A stretch of DNA of 34,290 bases from Octopus bimaculoides (lineage: Eukaryota). The DNA lies in assembly GCF_001194135.2 (NCBI RefSeq), contig NC_068986.1:116216861-116251150 (forward strand), written 5' to 3'. Below are positions 21,850 through 33,052 of this stretch, piece after piece. Numbering within the stretch: position 1 is the stretch's first letter; each line of letters opens with the position of its first letter. Under the pieces are notes generated by a model. That model had not been told where the DNA came from. It did no database searches and saw nothing but the letters and a program-made list of their open reading frames with translations. The position numbers and the translations under genes were made by a program.

Positions 21850-22626
21850 ATGTATGTCATTTTTCAGTTTTATTTCAAGATTTCTTGCCAATAGAGAAAG
21901 AGCCGGTTTCTAACCTAGATTCAAGGCGCCTTCATTGGAATTTTAACATCTACAACAGGGTATTTTTGTAGGTATATATGTATGCATGTATGTATGTATG
22001 TATGTATGTATGTATGTATGTATGTATGCATGTATGTATGTATGTATGTATGTACGTGTATATGCGAGTATGTATGTATGTGTTTGTATGTTTTACAAAT
22101 TTTTACAGTTCCAGTGATGGATTGGATCTGTAGTCTTCGAATTAGCTTTCTTCTTCCTGATTTTAAGAAACCCAATTTCTCAAGATTGGTATTTAAGTAG
22201 TGTGTTACATATCCCAAGGCCCCAATAATTACAGGTACAAACCTGAACTTGTAATCTGGATAGAGTAACCGTAGATTTCTTATTAGTTCAGAATAGGTGT
22301 TCTCTTTTTCACTGATCTTCAGCTTTATGTTAACATCCGCTGGGCAGCTAATTTCCACACTCTACACAGTTTCTCTTCTCTATCCTAGATCATTATATCA
22401 GGCCTGTTGTGCTTACATTTTATTGAGGTCTTCTCTGGGACATTCCACTTGGAATCCTTTTTATTATGAGTGGCTATGGCTTCTACCATACTGTGGGTTC
22501 TTATTTCTTTGTTCTCGTGGTTATCCTTCCAACAGGTTTCATTATGGAGAGTCCAAGCTACAACATAATGTCTCATCGCTAGATAATACCGTGATGATAT
22601 TTTCGGACAACTTCTTATGTGGGTGA
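21850..22626 (-). mobile_element. RLE-type non-LTR retrotransposon 3' fragment (R4/NeSL/Hero group), with a (TACA)n expansion in its 3' region
   Basis: ORFs 22385-22651 and 21921-22358: SCPKISSRYYLAMRHYVVA (end of CCHC, RH.xVA)...KHNRPDIMI...EISCP.D.NI..K..EK...Y..L...FVPVIIGALG...GTVKICKT. PD-(D/E)xK-type RLE motifs. Confidence 0.85.
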
Positions 22627-22696
22627 TATGTATGCATGTATGTATAAACACTCACACATATCATTATCACGTATCTAATGTTCGTGTGTTGTTTAA

Positions 22697-22982
22697 ACGC
22701 CAGAAGCTGCGATCTTTCGTACAGAAAATATCCCCTTAAGGATGTATAGAGCTAAAAAGACACAATATACTTCATACGATGGATTTCGATTTCGTTTCAG
22801 AAGTGACGCGAATGAGTGGCATTGATAAGTCATAATTACAACGTAAATCATTTTCTGCCGCACTCGTAATCATTTCTGGGACGATTTCGTTTTGCCTCAC
22901 TCTCAAGTATATTGTGTTTCTTTTTAATACTATACGTCTGTCAAGGGATTTTTCCCAGACGAGAAATCGCAGCTTCTGGCGA
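22697..22982. mobile_element. TTAA-flanked MITE, 286 bp
   Basis: Perfect 16-bp inverted repeat CGCCAGAAGCTGCGAT (22698-22713) / ATCGCAGCTTCTGGCG (22966-22981), extending imperfectly to about 55 bp. TTAA at 22693-22696 and 22983-22986. Confidence 0.8.
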
Positions 22983-24081
22983 TTAAAAACACACGTACAT
23001 TAAGTATGTGATATTAATAATGTTTACATTATAGGACTGCTTGTATTGCATAATTTGAATTTATATACATGCATATATACAAACATACACCCCTCTTGTT
23101 CTTCCTCTGTTACTACTACGTATCTCCTTTTCCCCCTCGTATTTCCTCTCTTTCTCTTTTCCTCTCGTTGCTCACCTATTCTTCTACTTCCTCCCTCTGT
23201 TTCTCCCTCTACCACTCTCTCTCTTCCCTTTACACCGGCATGGTCACATGCTTCCGGTCAATAATCCTTTCCTTCCTTGGCTTTCGCCAAGTAACGCACG
23301 CCACCACTTTGTCTCTCTCGGTTCCGTGCCTCATTGCGTTCATACACACATAATTTTTCTCGTCTGGCCGTAAAGCCTTTTCTGTTTGTTTTCCTGTCTT
23401 GTTTTTTGTCCGCCACTACATTCCTCCATGGCTAGATTTAATTTGCGTATACAAATTTAATCTGCGATCCATGGGACGAGCCGTTTTAACGATGCGTCCT
23501 GCCCGAAGCTCGTCGAAACGCCGGTGTTAAAACGTGGGTAGCTGATGAAGTAGAATGTTCTCTATGTGGCTCGTGTGTTCTCGTCTACGTTTGTTTGCAA
23601 TGTCCTGTACCCAGATATGCACCTATACATACAGGTGGATGTCGGTATGCACATACCTATACGTATATATGCATATATTCATTTACTATTTGTTTTTACA
23701 TATATATATATATATACACACATACATACATGCAATCATACAAGCATACATACACATACATATATGTATATACATACATATATAAATGCATATATACATA
23801 CATATGTTTTATGCGCAACAAAAGCATTATTAGATCAAAATAACTATCTGTGTATCATACTTTAAATAAAGAAATCGGAAATTTGTAGCAGTTTTCGCCC
23901 GGACATAATATTTCTTAGATGCTGTGTTTAAAAACAATAACTATTAGAGGCAGACAAACAGTCCTAGCAGCGGATTGGTAAGAATGCTTGCTGCATTTCT
24001 ATCTCATTGGTCGTTGACAATAGCATGCAATCACGACCAACCTCATGAGAAGAGAGAGAGAGAGGGGGGGAAAACAGATAG

Positions 24082-24148
<67 letters not shown>

Positions 24149-24165
24149 CATCCAAGAAACGGTCT

Positions 24166-24314
24166 GAAGAGCACCAAATGCATTTCGGGCTATTTTTTGT
24201 TAGTTGCGTGTACTCGCAGCCAGCCACATATTCGGGGGAGAACCAGTCGTGGCTGGCGGTGAGTAAGCACCATTGAAAAGACCAAAAAAGGCCAAAATGC
24301 ATCTGGTGCTCTTC
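24166..24314. repeat. GC-rich nested inverted repeat (long hairpin)
   Basis: Outer arms GAAGAGCACCAAATGCATTT (from 24166) and AAAATGCATCTGGTGCTCTTC (to 24314). Inner arms TACTCGCAGCCAGCCAC (24211-24227) and GTGGCTGGCGGTGAGTA (24249-24265). Confidence 0.8.
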
Positions 24315-25821
24315 TCGCCACTGCTGAGAGGAATCTGTATTCTTTATGCTGTTGTTTATTGTTTGTTTTTGTTCTCAAATATTTTTTAATTGTATTTTAT
24401 AGCTGTATTTGTTGCTATTTGTGTGTTTTTGTTGTTGATATACCTATGATTATATATTTTTGGGGGGTGGGGGTGTGTAGATTTCCTGCTTAAATTAGTA
24501 GGGAAATAAAAAAAAACTTCGAAATTTTTTGATAAATTTAGGACGTTCTATCTTGTTAGAGCAAAACTATAGCATCTTGACCTTTCTGGACTTAAAATTG
24601 GTACTGGACTTCATCATTCTTACCATAAACCAAATGAATAAACTTACGTGTATTTATTCTGAGCGCATAAAGCAATCGGGGTCTGCCTTTCATGGGACAT
24701 ATCTATCGGGTATTGATAGCAGGTTGATATCTTAGTATCTCCTCAGAGTAATAACAATAACAGCAGTATCATTATTAGAGTAAGATATCCTATAATTGCA
24801 TACGTAATAAAATATCTAATAATGGTATCATGGTAACCGTTTCCTAAAGAATCAATGCTAAGGAAGAATGTCATAAGAGCTCGGTGAAATAACCCGAGAG
24901 CGTCTATTACTACATAGACGCCTCTGCCACAAAATTCAAGGAAAGATCACATCAGCATATTCATTATTTCAAATACAAAAAACTGAAAACAGTACATTGT
25001 TGGCCAGTTTCACATATTTCGTGGTCTTTTGTAAGTAGCGCTCTTCCTTATAGAAGGGGGAGTTGTAATATGTAATATTGGTGGAGGGTTTGAATTACTC
25101 AATTACAAATCCAACCTAATTAACAAACTTATTTCATAAAACGTTCTTAAAATTTCCACGCCAAAATCTCACATAATTAACTTACCTGGATATGAATAAG
25201 TACTTATTTCCTAACTAATTTTAATCTTTAATCTAATTCTTAACTATTACACCTAACGTAATCCATTTAATATCTTATTTAATTGAATTCACTTTTACAG
25301 TCGTAAACCTGATATTTCCCGAAAAAAATAGTGACTTACAATTATTCATAATTTCCTCTCACTGTTATTTCCCTTCACCCTTTTATTGTTATTTTACACA
25401 AATCTCTACTGCAGATTGATCAGTAAATAAATATGTTAGCTCCTCTAGGCTATGTTCTCACAAATTAGCATATCCCAGCACTTGATGACATCTTGACCTC
25501 ACAGATATATTTAAAATATATATCCATATATGTAAAAAAAAAAAGCTCAACAAGAATGATGCTTGTTATCTGCAATCCTACTTCCACAGTTATATTCGTA
25601 GCATCTTCTGAAAATCTAGAACAATAATATTTTTAAAGAAAACGATTGGAGGCTACCTGTTCCATTAACTAATTGCTTAATTGATTAATTAGTTGATTGA
25701 CTATGCATAAAAGCCACTGTATAGTGGGAAAACAGTTTCTTTAGCCATTTGAAACGTCCGTAAATGAATAAATTTATGCAAGAATATAATTTCTCATTCG
25801 TTGTCAGATTGATATATATAC

Positions 25822-25864
<43 letters not shown>

Positions 25865-25869
25865 TATAC

Positions 25870-25904
<35 letters not shown>

Positions 25905-26045
25905 CGCGTGTATATATGTATGTATGTATATATATATATATATAATATTAGGGATAAAAATCCAAATTTATAGGTAAAAACTCAATTAAATTCACTTTAC
26001 CAAAAATTAAAATTGAATTAAGTTTCACAGTATATAATATATAAA

Positions 26046-26314
26046 TATATAACTTAGAGAAAACAACCAAAGTTCCTGAACTCATCCATGAAAATCCACA
26101 GTCACATATACTCTTTTAGAAAAATTTAAGAAGTAAATGCACGATAAATAAGTATAATAAAATACAAAGTAAAAATCATAAAATAATAAAATAAATGATT
26201 ATTACTTTGGATTTTATTATACTTCTTTTTAGTGTATTTACTTATCAAATTTTTCTATATGTGACTGTGGATTTTCATGGATGAGTTCATGAACTTTGGT
26301 TCTTTTCTCTAAAT

Positions 26315-26320
<6 letters not shown>
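26046..26320. repeat. About 275-bp AT-rich palindrome with a roughly 15-nt loop
   Basis: 26046-26110 matches the reverse complement of 26256-26320 with 3 mismatches. Pairing continues imperfectly inward to AATCAT (26174-26179) / ATGATT (26195-26200). Flanked by (TA)n. Confidence 0.9.
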
Positions 26321-26360
<40 letters not shown>

Positions 26361-27447
26361 AATATACGCATACAAGTTGCTCTACAGACAATGAAAGAAA
26401 ATCTCCACTTTATATTACATTCACCTGTATTCATCTAACTACTTCCATTCTGGTTGGACATATTAGAACCAGCATCAAATAAAGCCTGCAGGAAATGTAG
26501 ACCGATATGTAGCAGACGACTCACCGTTTCTCTGCAATAAGGTACTGACAGTATTTCCACATTTGAACCATTCCAGGGCGACTATTTTAGGCAGGAAATA
26601 TAAGAAAATTAAAACAAGACAATAAATATATTAAGAAAACAAACAAAGCAATAAGCAGAACTACAAAACACAATAAAAACACGAAGCAGAAAATAAAAAC
26701 AAACTCAATAACAAAAAGCAACACAAAAAAGAATGCGACGAAGAAAATATAAAATGCAGAGAAAGGGAAAACGAAATCTTAACTGAATGGTTTCTCACTC
26801 CCTTTATACTCTCTCTCCCTTTCCCTCTATCTCTCTCTCTCTCTCTCTCTNNNNNNNNNNNNNNNNNNNNNNNNNNNNNNNNNNNNNNNNNNNNNNNNNN
26901 NNNNNNNNNNNNNNNNNNNNNNNNNNNNNNNNNNNNNNNNNNNNNNNNNNNNNNNNNNNNNNNNNNNNNNNNNNNNNNNNNNNNNNNNNNNNNNNNNNNN
27001 NNNNNNNNNNNNNNNNNNNNNNNNNNNNNNNNNNNNNNNNNNNNNNNNNNNNNNNNNNNNNNNNNNNNNNNNNNNNNNNNNNNNNNNNNNNNNNNNNNNN
27101 NNNNNNNNNNNNNNNNNNNNNNNNNNNNNNNNNNNNNNNNNNNNNNNNNNNNNNNNNNNNNNNNNNNNNNNNNNNNNNNNNNNNNNNNNNNNNNNNNNNN
27201 NNNNNNNNNNNNNNNNNNNNNNNNNNNNNNNNNNNNNNNNNNNNNNNNNNNNNNNNNNNNNNNNNNNNNNNNNNNNNNNNNNNNNNNNNNNNNNNNNNNN
27301 NNNNNNNNNNNNNNNNNNNNNNNNNNNNNNNNNNNNNNNNNNNNNNNNNNNNNNNNNNNNNNNNNNNNNNNNNNNNNNNNNNNNNNNNNNNNNNNNNNNN
27401 NNNNNNNNNNNNNNNNNNNNNNNNNNNNNNNNNNNNNNNNNNNNNNN

Positions 27448-27490
<43 letters not shown>

Positions 27491-27901
27491 CTAGTACTAA
27501 AAGAAACTGGCTACCGAAACTACAAAATTACGTAATTACAAACTTACAACATACTACATGTGCTGACGTCATGGTTGCCAGCCAGTCGCAATGCCTTATG
27601 GGATAATGACTGGAGATATAGTCTGCTGGCAGACTTCTCTCTCTAAAATTCCCAGACTCTGGAATTTCTTCTCCAAAGCGGATGATAGATACACAGATGT
27701 TAGATCTTTTTTTTTTCATGCATCTCTATTGCCCATCACTGCAGTTCTAATGAGATGGTCGGTTCCAACAACTAGCGAGGCGTGGTAGTATTTTTTTTTA
27801 TTCATACAGATGGGCTTAGTGGTTCTAGACGAAGTTAGAAATAGCGTAGTCGCATGAATTTGGTGCGTCGCTTTATACATACATACATATATACATACAT
27901 C

Positions 27902-27933
<32 letters not shown>

Positions 27934-27934
<1 letters not shown>

Positions 27935-28488
27935 GCCCGGATGCAGTACCAGGCAGTGGCTCTCATGGCTTCTGATTTTAATTGATTGGAAGTGTTATCA
28001 TGTATATGTTTTGTCTTGGTATAAAAGATGGGTTACAGCAAATATTCTACTCAATACCACGGATTTGTTTGTCAGTTGTTTGACCTTAACCAGTTGAACA
28101 TGTCCTTTGGTGACCGATGATATGTGCATCTCTGATCACGAGCAAAAGTAGTGGGAGAGCATCATAGCCATGTGTTGAGAGGAATTCTTTGGGGTTTGAA
28201 TAATTCATCTTTGGAAACATGGGTGTTTTGTTCATCATCCTTAAAACAACCCTTATTCAGGGACTTTTTGAGTGGGATGGGCTACTCGACCTGAAGAAAA
28301 TTCTAACTGGGTCCCACCTGCGAGGTCATGTGTTGTTTATCTTGATATGAGATCACCATGTCGTGCACATACGGTTGTGATGCATGTAAATGGTGTACCC
28401 TTATCAGACGGGTAGTCATGATGGGTATAATGGGTTTCGTATATTTTACTCTAGTGTCACCTTGATGGTATGTGCTGCTCTCTCACTC
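27934..28488. mobile_element. About 555-bp non-coding interspersed element embedded in (TAA)n
   Basis: Complex sequence with no long ORF or TIR, sharply bounded by (TAA)n at 27902-27931 and 28489-28551. Class unknown. Confidence 0.55.
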
Positions 28489-28551
<63 letters not shown>

Positions 28552-28580
28552 CATGATGATGATGATGATGTTGATGATGA

Positions 28581-29217
28581 TTTTTATATTAGCCACAGAA
28601 GCATAGATGAGGGGACCATCGCAAGGACAGTAAACAATTTATGCGGGGTTTAATATAAAAGTCGAGGAGAAAGAGATGGAATTAAGGTACACATAGTATA
28701 CAATGTGTGTGATACCATGAGTGATGCAGTCTTCCTGATACAGGAGAAACTCCCAACAAGGGCCAATCAAGGAACATCACGGAACCAGGTTTACTCTGAC
28801 CACCAAAGGCACGTGCTCTCTCCCACCTGTGACTCTCCAGATAAGATGCGCATGCTCAGAGGAGAGCCATTCGCTCTAAACATTTTTGCCACAATCGCCC
28901 ATCTTTTCACAAATGCATTAGGGGTCAGGTAGTACTTCCCTTTCCACCCTTTCTTTCCTGTCCAAGTGGAACTTAAAAATGTCGATAAGAGCTTGACCGA
29001 ATAGGAAGGTGTCTTTCCCCAATCTCTTCAGCCTCGTCTACCATACAACCTCTTTCGCCGCAGCCAACAGACAGAGGAACGCCGCCTGCCCGATCTTGTG
29101 GGTGCTAGGGCGATCTCCACGATGGATTCGGCCGACAGCCGGGTTCGCCCCCCACACGATAACACCTGTTCGACATAAATCCACAAGTCAGCAATACTGG
29201 AACACTGCACGAGTGTC
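28581..29217 (-). mobile_element. L1/Tx1-like 3' fragment, second copy (diverged)
   Basis: Minus strand: LVQCSSIADLWIYVEQVLSCGGRTRLSAESIVEI...(frameshift) AFVKRWAIVAKMFRA. Homologous to 15150-15450, with a similar 3' end. Confidence 0.82.
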
Positions 29218-29296
29218 ATCATCATCATCATTATCATGAAGATGACAATGTCGATAATGATTGTGGTTATAACTTCAGAGATACCTCTATGATATC

Positions 29297-29297
<1 letters not shown>

Positions 29298-29365
<68 letters not shown>
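29298..29365. repeat. (ATT)n microsatellite; (TAA)n tail of the adjacent minus-strand element
   Basis: Direct reading. Confidence 0.97.
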
Positions 29366-29368
<3 letters not shown>

Positions 29369-30130
29369 TAGTTTTATTTTTATAACGTGCTTTCACTTCA
29401 CTACCGAGCGCAGCTCTGTGCNNNNNNNNNNNNNNNNNNNNNNNNNNNNNNNNNNNNNNNNNNNNNNNNNNNNNNNNNNNNNNNNNNNNNNNNNNNNNNN
29501 NNNNNNNNNNNNNNNNNNNNNNNNNNNNNNNNNNNNNNNNNNNNNNNNNNNNNNNNNNNNNNNNNNNNNNNNNNNNNNNNNNNNNNNNNNNNNNNNNNNN
29601 NNNNNNNNNNNNNNNNNNNNNNNNNNNNNNNNNNNNNNNNNNNNNNNNNNNNNNNNNNNNNNNNNNNNNNNNNNNNNNNNNNNNNNNNNNNNNNNNNNNN
29701 NNNNNNNNNNNNNNNNNNNNNNNNNNNNNNNNNNNNNNNNNNNNNNNNNNNNNNNNNNNNNNNNNNNNNNNNNNNNNNNNNNNNNNNNNNNNNNNNNNNN
29801 NNNNNNNNNNNNNNNNNNNNNNNNNNNNNNNNNNNNNNNTTATACCATCTTTTTTCTGTTGTTATTCCATAATGTTGGCATAGCTTCCAGTGTATATAAG
29901 TCCCAGCTCTGTCGTGTCTGTGAATATATTCCTTCTTAGCCAGGACTGGGCAGCCAGAGATAATATGATTTATTGTTTCTTGTCCATCTCCACATATTCT
30001 ACAGTTACTTGTTATATTTCTTTTCTTTTCTTTTCATTATGTGTTTTTGGTAATTTCTGGTGGGGAGGCTTTGGTCTTGTGCAGCAATTAAAAATCCTTC
30101 AGTCTCTGCTTTGAGTCCTGAGCTTCTCAG
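29366..30130 (-). mobile_element. R4/Dong-like element B, 5'-truncated; RLE domain probably hidden in gap 29422-29839
   Basis: Minus strand: LRSSGLKAETEGFLIAAQDQSLPTRNYQKHIM..(frameshift)..CRICGDGQETINHIISGCPVLAKKEYIHRHDRAGTYIHWKLCQHYGITTEKRWY, with an intact CX2CX7HX4C. After the gap, a 3' UTR-like segment runs into (TAA)n. Joining the two sides across the gap is an inference. Confidence 0.85.
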
Positions 30131-30162
<32 letters not shown>

Positions 30163-30180
30163 CATCATCATTATCATTAT

Positions 30181-31141
30181 CGCTTTACTTCTCAGAACGT
30201 TCGGTCTTGTTTTTTCTGGTAGATTCTGTGAGAGCGGACAGCAGCCTGCTGTCAGAGGTCTCACAGAATCTCTTTCTGCACATTATAAGCTTTGATATTT
30301 GGCTGTTAATTATCGTGGGAGACATTTGACACCCAAGTGCCAATCTCAAAATCCTAGCTCTCCCCAACAGAGCAGTTATTGAGCTTGTTCTTTTCTCATT
30401 TCAATTTCGATTTCTTTGACATATTTCTCGAATTCGGTCGTTAGTGCTTCGAGTGTCTCTACAACTACTGGAATGGCAGACACTCTCCTCATATTCCATA
30501 TTCTTGTAATTTCCTCTTTTAATATTCTCTGTACTTTTCAAGCTTTTCTAGTTCTGCGTGCATCCCAGGCATTGTAATATCTATAAACTTAGTTTCTTTT
30601 TTTCCTTTATCTACCACGACAATGTCTGGTCTCCGAGCCTCGATTAGGGAGTCACATTGGATTGTAAAATCTCACAGTATCTTATGCTCCTTGTTCTCGG
30701 TGTTTCCTTCTGGTTTATGTTCGTACCATTTCCGTACTCTGTTCAGATAACCTCCAGTGACCAACTTATCTCCGCTACCGTGCCTCCTTTCATAGTACCT
30801 TTGGGCCAGCTTGCTACACTCACAATATATGAGACTGTTTCGTTTCTGTTGCTACACATCCTACAAGGGGGCGATTTGCTACTCTTATCTATTTAGAACT
30901 TAGTGTAATTAGTTTTCAGAGTTTATTCCTGGGCGCTACATATCATTGCCTCAGTGCCTTCTTTCAAATCCCTTTTTCTTAACCATCTCAAAATGTTGGT
31001 CTTGTTTTTTCCTTCGATTTCTCTCAGGTATTGCCCATGCAGTGGTTTCATTTTCCAGTTGTTTACTCTTTCTTGTTCATCTTGTTTCTTAAATGCTTGT
31101 GGGTGCATCACATTTTCGGTTGGTATTATATTGTTAATTCT

Positions 31142-31146
<5 letters not shown>
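30181..31146 (-). mobile_element. R4/Dong-like element A, decayed 3' fragment with (TAA/TGA)n tail at 30131-30180
   Basis: Minus strand: WKMKPLHGQYLRE..WLRKRDLKEGTEAMICSAQE*TL.TNY...CRMC..ETVSYIVS.C..LAQ..Y.RRH...KWYEHKPEG..ENKEHKIL*DFTIQCD..IEARRPDIVVVDK...FID...IPVVV..L...LLGRARILRL. Confidence 0.9.
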
Positions 31147-31178
<32 letters not shown>

Positions 31179-31830
31179 TGTGTGTGTGTGTATGTGTGTA
31201 TGTATAAACACATGTGTATATAAATGTAACTACTTACAATCTTTTATGGAAATGTGTGTATAGCCTTAATTGCTTTTTAATAAATTCGTATTTATATTTA
31301 TAATAATTAAATATAAACCCTTCTCCCCCATAAACCACCACCACCACCACCGCCATGTATATACATCTATAAACACTGATCAACATTTATGCTTACATTT
31401 AAACATCTCAAAGAATACAAATTCATGCACACACACACACACACACATACATACAGGAAATTCATAGGCACACAGATGAATACTTTATCGCATACACATG
31501 CAGAAAAATGCATACACACACAAACGCGCACGCATACAGGAATACATTTGTAAGCATATACACACCACAAATAGACTCAATCACACTTTAGTACAACTAT
31601 AAACATACATTATTCCGCAAACACAAACAGTCAGGCATAAACAAACATACAGATGCTTACTCAAAATTATAAAGCACATATATTTAGAAAGACGCGTGGA
31701 CGGCAGAGGCAGACACACGGAGATTCTTACACGCGATCAGTTTCACAATGAATACTCGTAAAAACGAACCTAATCTTAAATATGTGTCACAATTAAATAC
31801 GGGTCATAATTAAATATTATTACTGCTGTT

Positions 31831-32050
31831 AAAGCGGCGAGTTGCCGGCAGAGTGGTTAGCACACCGGGCGAAATGCTTAGCGGTGTTTCGTCTGTCTTT
31901 ACGTTCTGACTTCAAACTCCGCCGAGGTCATCTTTGCCTTTCATTCTTTCGGGGTCGATTAAATAAGTACCAGTTGCGTAGTGGGGTCGATCTAATCGAC
32001 TGCCTCCCTCCCCCAAAATTTCGGGCCCTGTGCCTAGAGTAGAAATGAAT
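31831..32050 (+). mobile_element. tRNA-derived SINE, copy 3
   Basis: Same family as 618-824: GGCAGAGTGGTTAGCAC A-box region, degenerate B box GACTTCAAACTCC, AATAAGTACCAG..GGGGTCGAT, tail GTGCCTAGAGTAGAAA. Confidence 0.85.
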
Positions 32051-32055
32051 ATTTT

Positions 32056-32275
32056 AAAGGTGACGAGCTGGTAGAATCGTTAGCACGCTGGGCGAAATGT
32101 TTAGCGGTATTTCATCTGTCTTTATGTTATGAGTTCAAATTCCGCCGAGGTAGAGTTTGCCTTTCATCCTTTCGGGATCAATTAAATAAGTACCAGTTGC
32201 ATAATGGGGTCAATCTAATCGACTGGCTCCCCTCCCCCAAAATTTCGGGCCCTGTGCCTAGAGTAGAAAAGAATA
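32056..32275 (+). mobile_element. tRNA-derived SINE, copy 4
   Basis: GAGCTGGTAGAATCGTTAGCAC, B box GAGTTCAAATTCC, same tail as copy 3. Confidence 0.85.
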
Positions 32276-32306
32276 TGCGCCATAATTCAATATTACTATT
32301 GCTGTT

Positions 32307-32499
32307 AAGGCGGCGAGCAGACATAATCGTTAGCACGCCGGACGAAATGTTTGGCGGCATTTCGTCCGTATTTTACGTTCTGAGTTCAAATTCCGCCGAC
32401 GTTGACTTTGCCTTTCATCCTTTCGCTATCAATACAATAAGTACCAGTAGAGCTCTAGGGTCGATGTAATTGCTGGTCTTGTACCAAAATTTGAAACCA
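32307..32499 (+). mobile_element. tRNA-derived SINE, copy 5
   Basis: B box GAGTTCAAATTCC; tail CCAAAATTTGAAACCA, as in copy 1. Confidence 0.85.
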
Positions 32500-32762
32500 A
32501 TATTACTGCTGTTGTTGGTGATGATGTTGGTGGTTGTAATGGTGGTGGTGTTGGTAGTGGTTGTAGTTTAGACCAGATCAGACGTGATTGAGCAGTCCTA
32601 TGAGACAATTCCAGCGGTATCCTTCTCATCTTTTATTCTGTCGTAGTGTATCTAGGACTATATCACCTAATACGCCCTTTGTCGTTGTTGTTTAGCCTGA
32701 AGTCAAGCCTGATCCTTAAAGACATTTCAGATGTGACCATCCCGCCTTTATATTTTTTGTCA

Positions 32763-32947
32763 GGCACAGGCGCGGCTGTGTGGGAAGAATTTTGCTTCCC
32801 AGTCACGTGGTTCCGCTCTCCGTCCTACTGTATATGAGCTTGGACAATTGTCTTCGACTTATGCTAAGCAAAGTCTTATGCGTGCATTTGGTAGGCGGAA
32901 ACTGAAAGAAGCCTGTCGCATAATTATATATGTTTGTGTGTGTGTGT

Positions 32948-32978
<31 letters not shown>

Positions 32979-33052
32979 CATACGTGCGTGCCTGTGTGTA
33001 TGCGTGTGTGTTAGTCCCCACTACCGCTTGGCAACCGGTGTTAGTTTATTTA
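32763..33052 (+). mobile_element. Second tRNA-derived SINE family with internal (TG)n, decayed
   Basis: GGCTGTGTGGGAAG A-box-like head, degenerate B box, CTTGGACAATTGTCTTC core-like motif, GGAAACTGAAAGAAGCC, internal (TG)n, then CCGCTTGGCAACCGGTGTT. Family assignment is from recollection of octopus repeats. Confidence 0.6.

Noticed and set aside
23455-23550. Hammerhead-like parts (GACGAGC/GCTCGTC stem, GAAACGCCGGT, CGTTTTAA/TTAAAACG, downstream CTGATGA)
   Set aside because: The parts cannot be assembled into one consistent topology with an intact core and an NUH triplet; a family consensus would be needed.
24163-24175. CTGAAGA-GCACC as a hammerhead core
   Set aside because: It is part of the inverted repeat; the partner strand is followed by TCTTC, not GAAA.
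24880-24922. Two adjacent small hairpins (CTCGG/CCGAG; GCGTCTAT/ATAGACGC) as a Helitron 3' end or terminator
   Set aside because: No CTRR terminus or U-tract follows; short stems of this kind can occur by chance.
25180-25189. ACTTACCTGG, resembling the U1 snRNA 5' end or a perfect minus-strand splice donor
   Set aside because: No further U1 similarity, and the upstream sequence is AT-rich and repeat-like without a credible exon.
27528-27788. Overlapping short ORFs in unique-looking sequence
   Set aside because: No recognisable domain and no good acceptor-donor pair.
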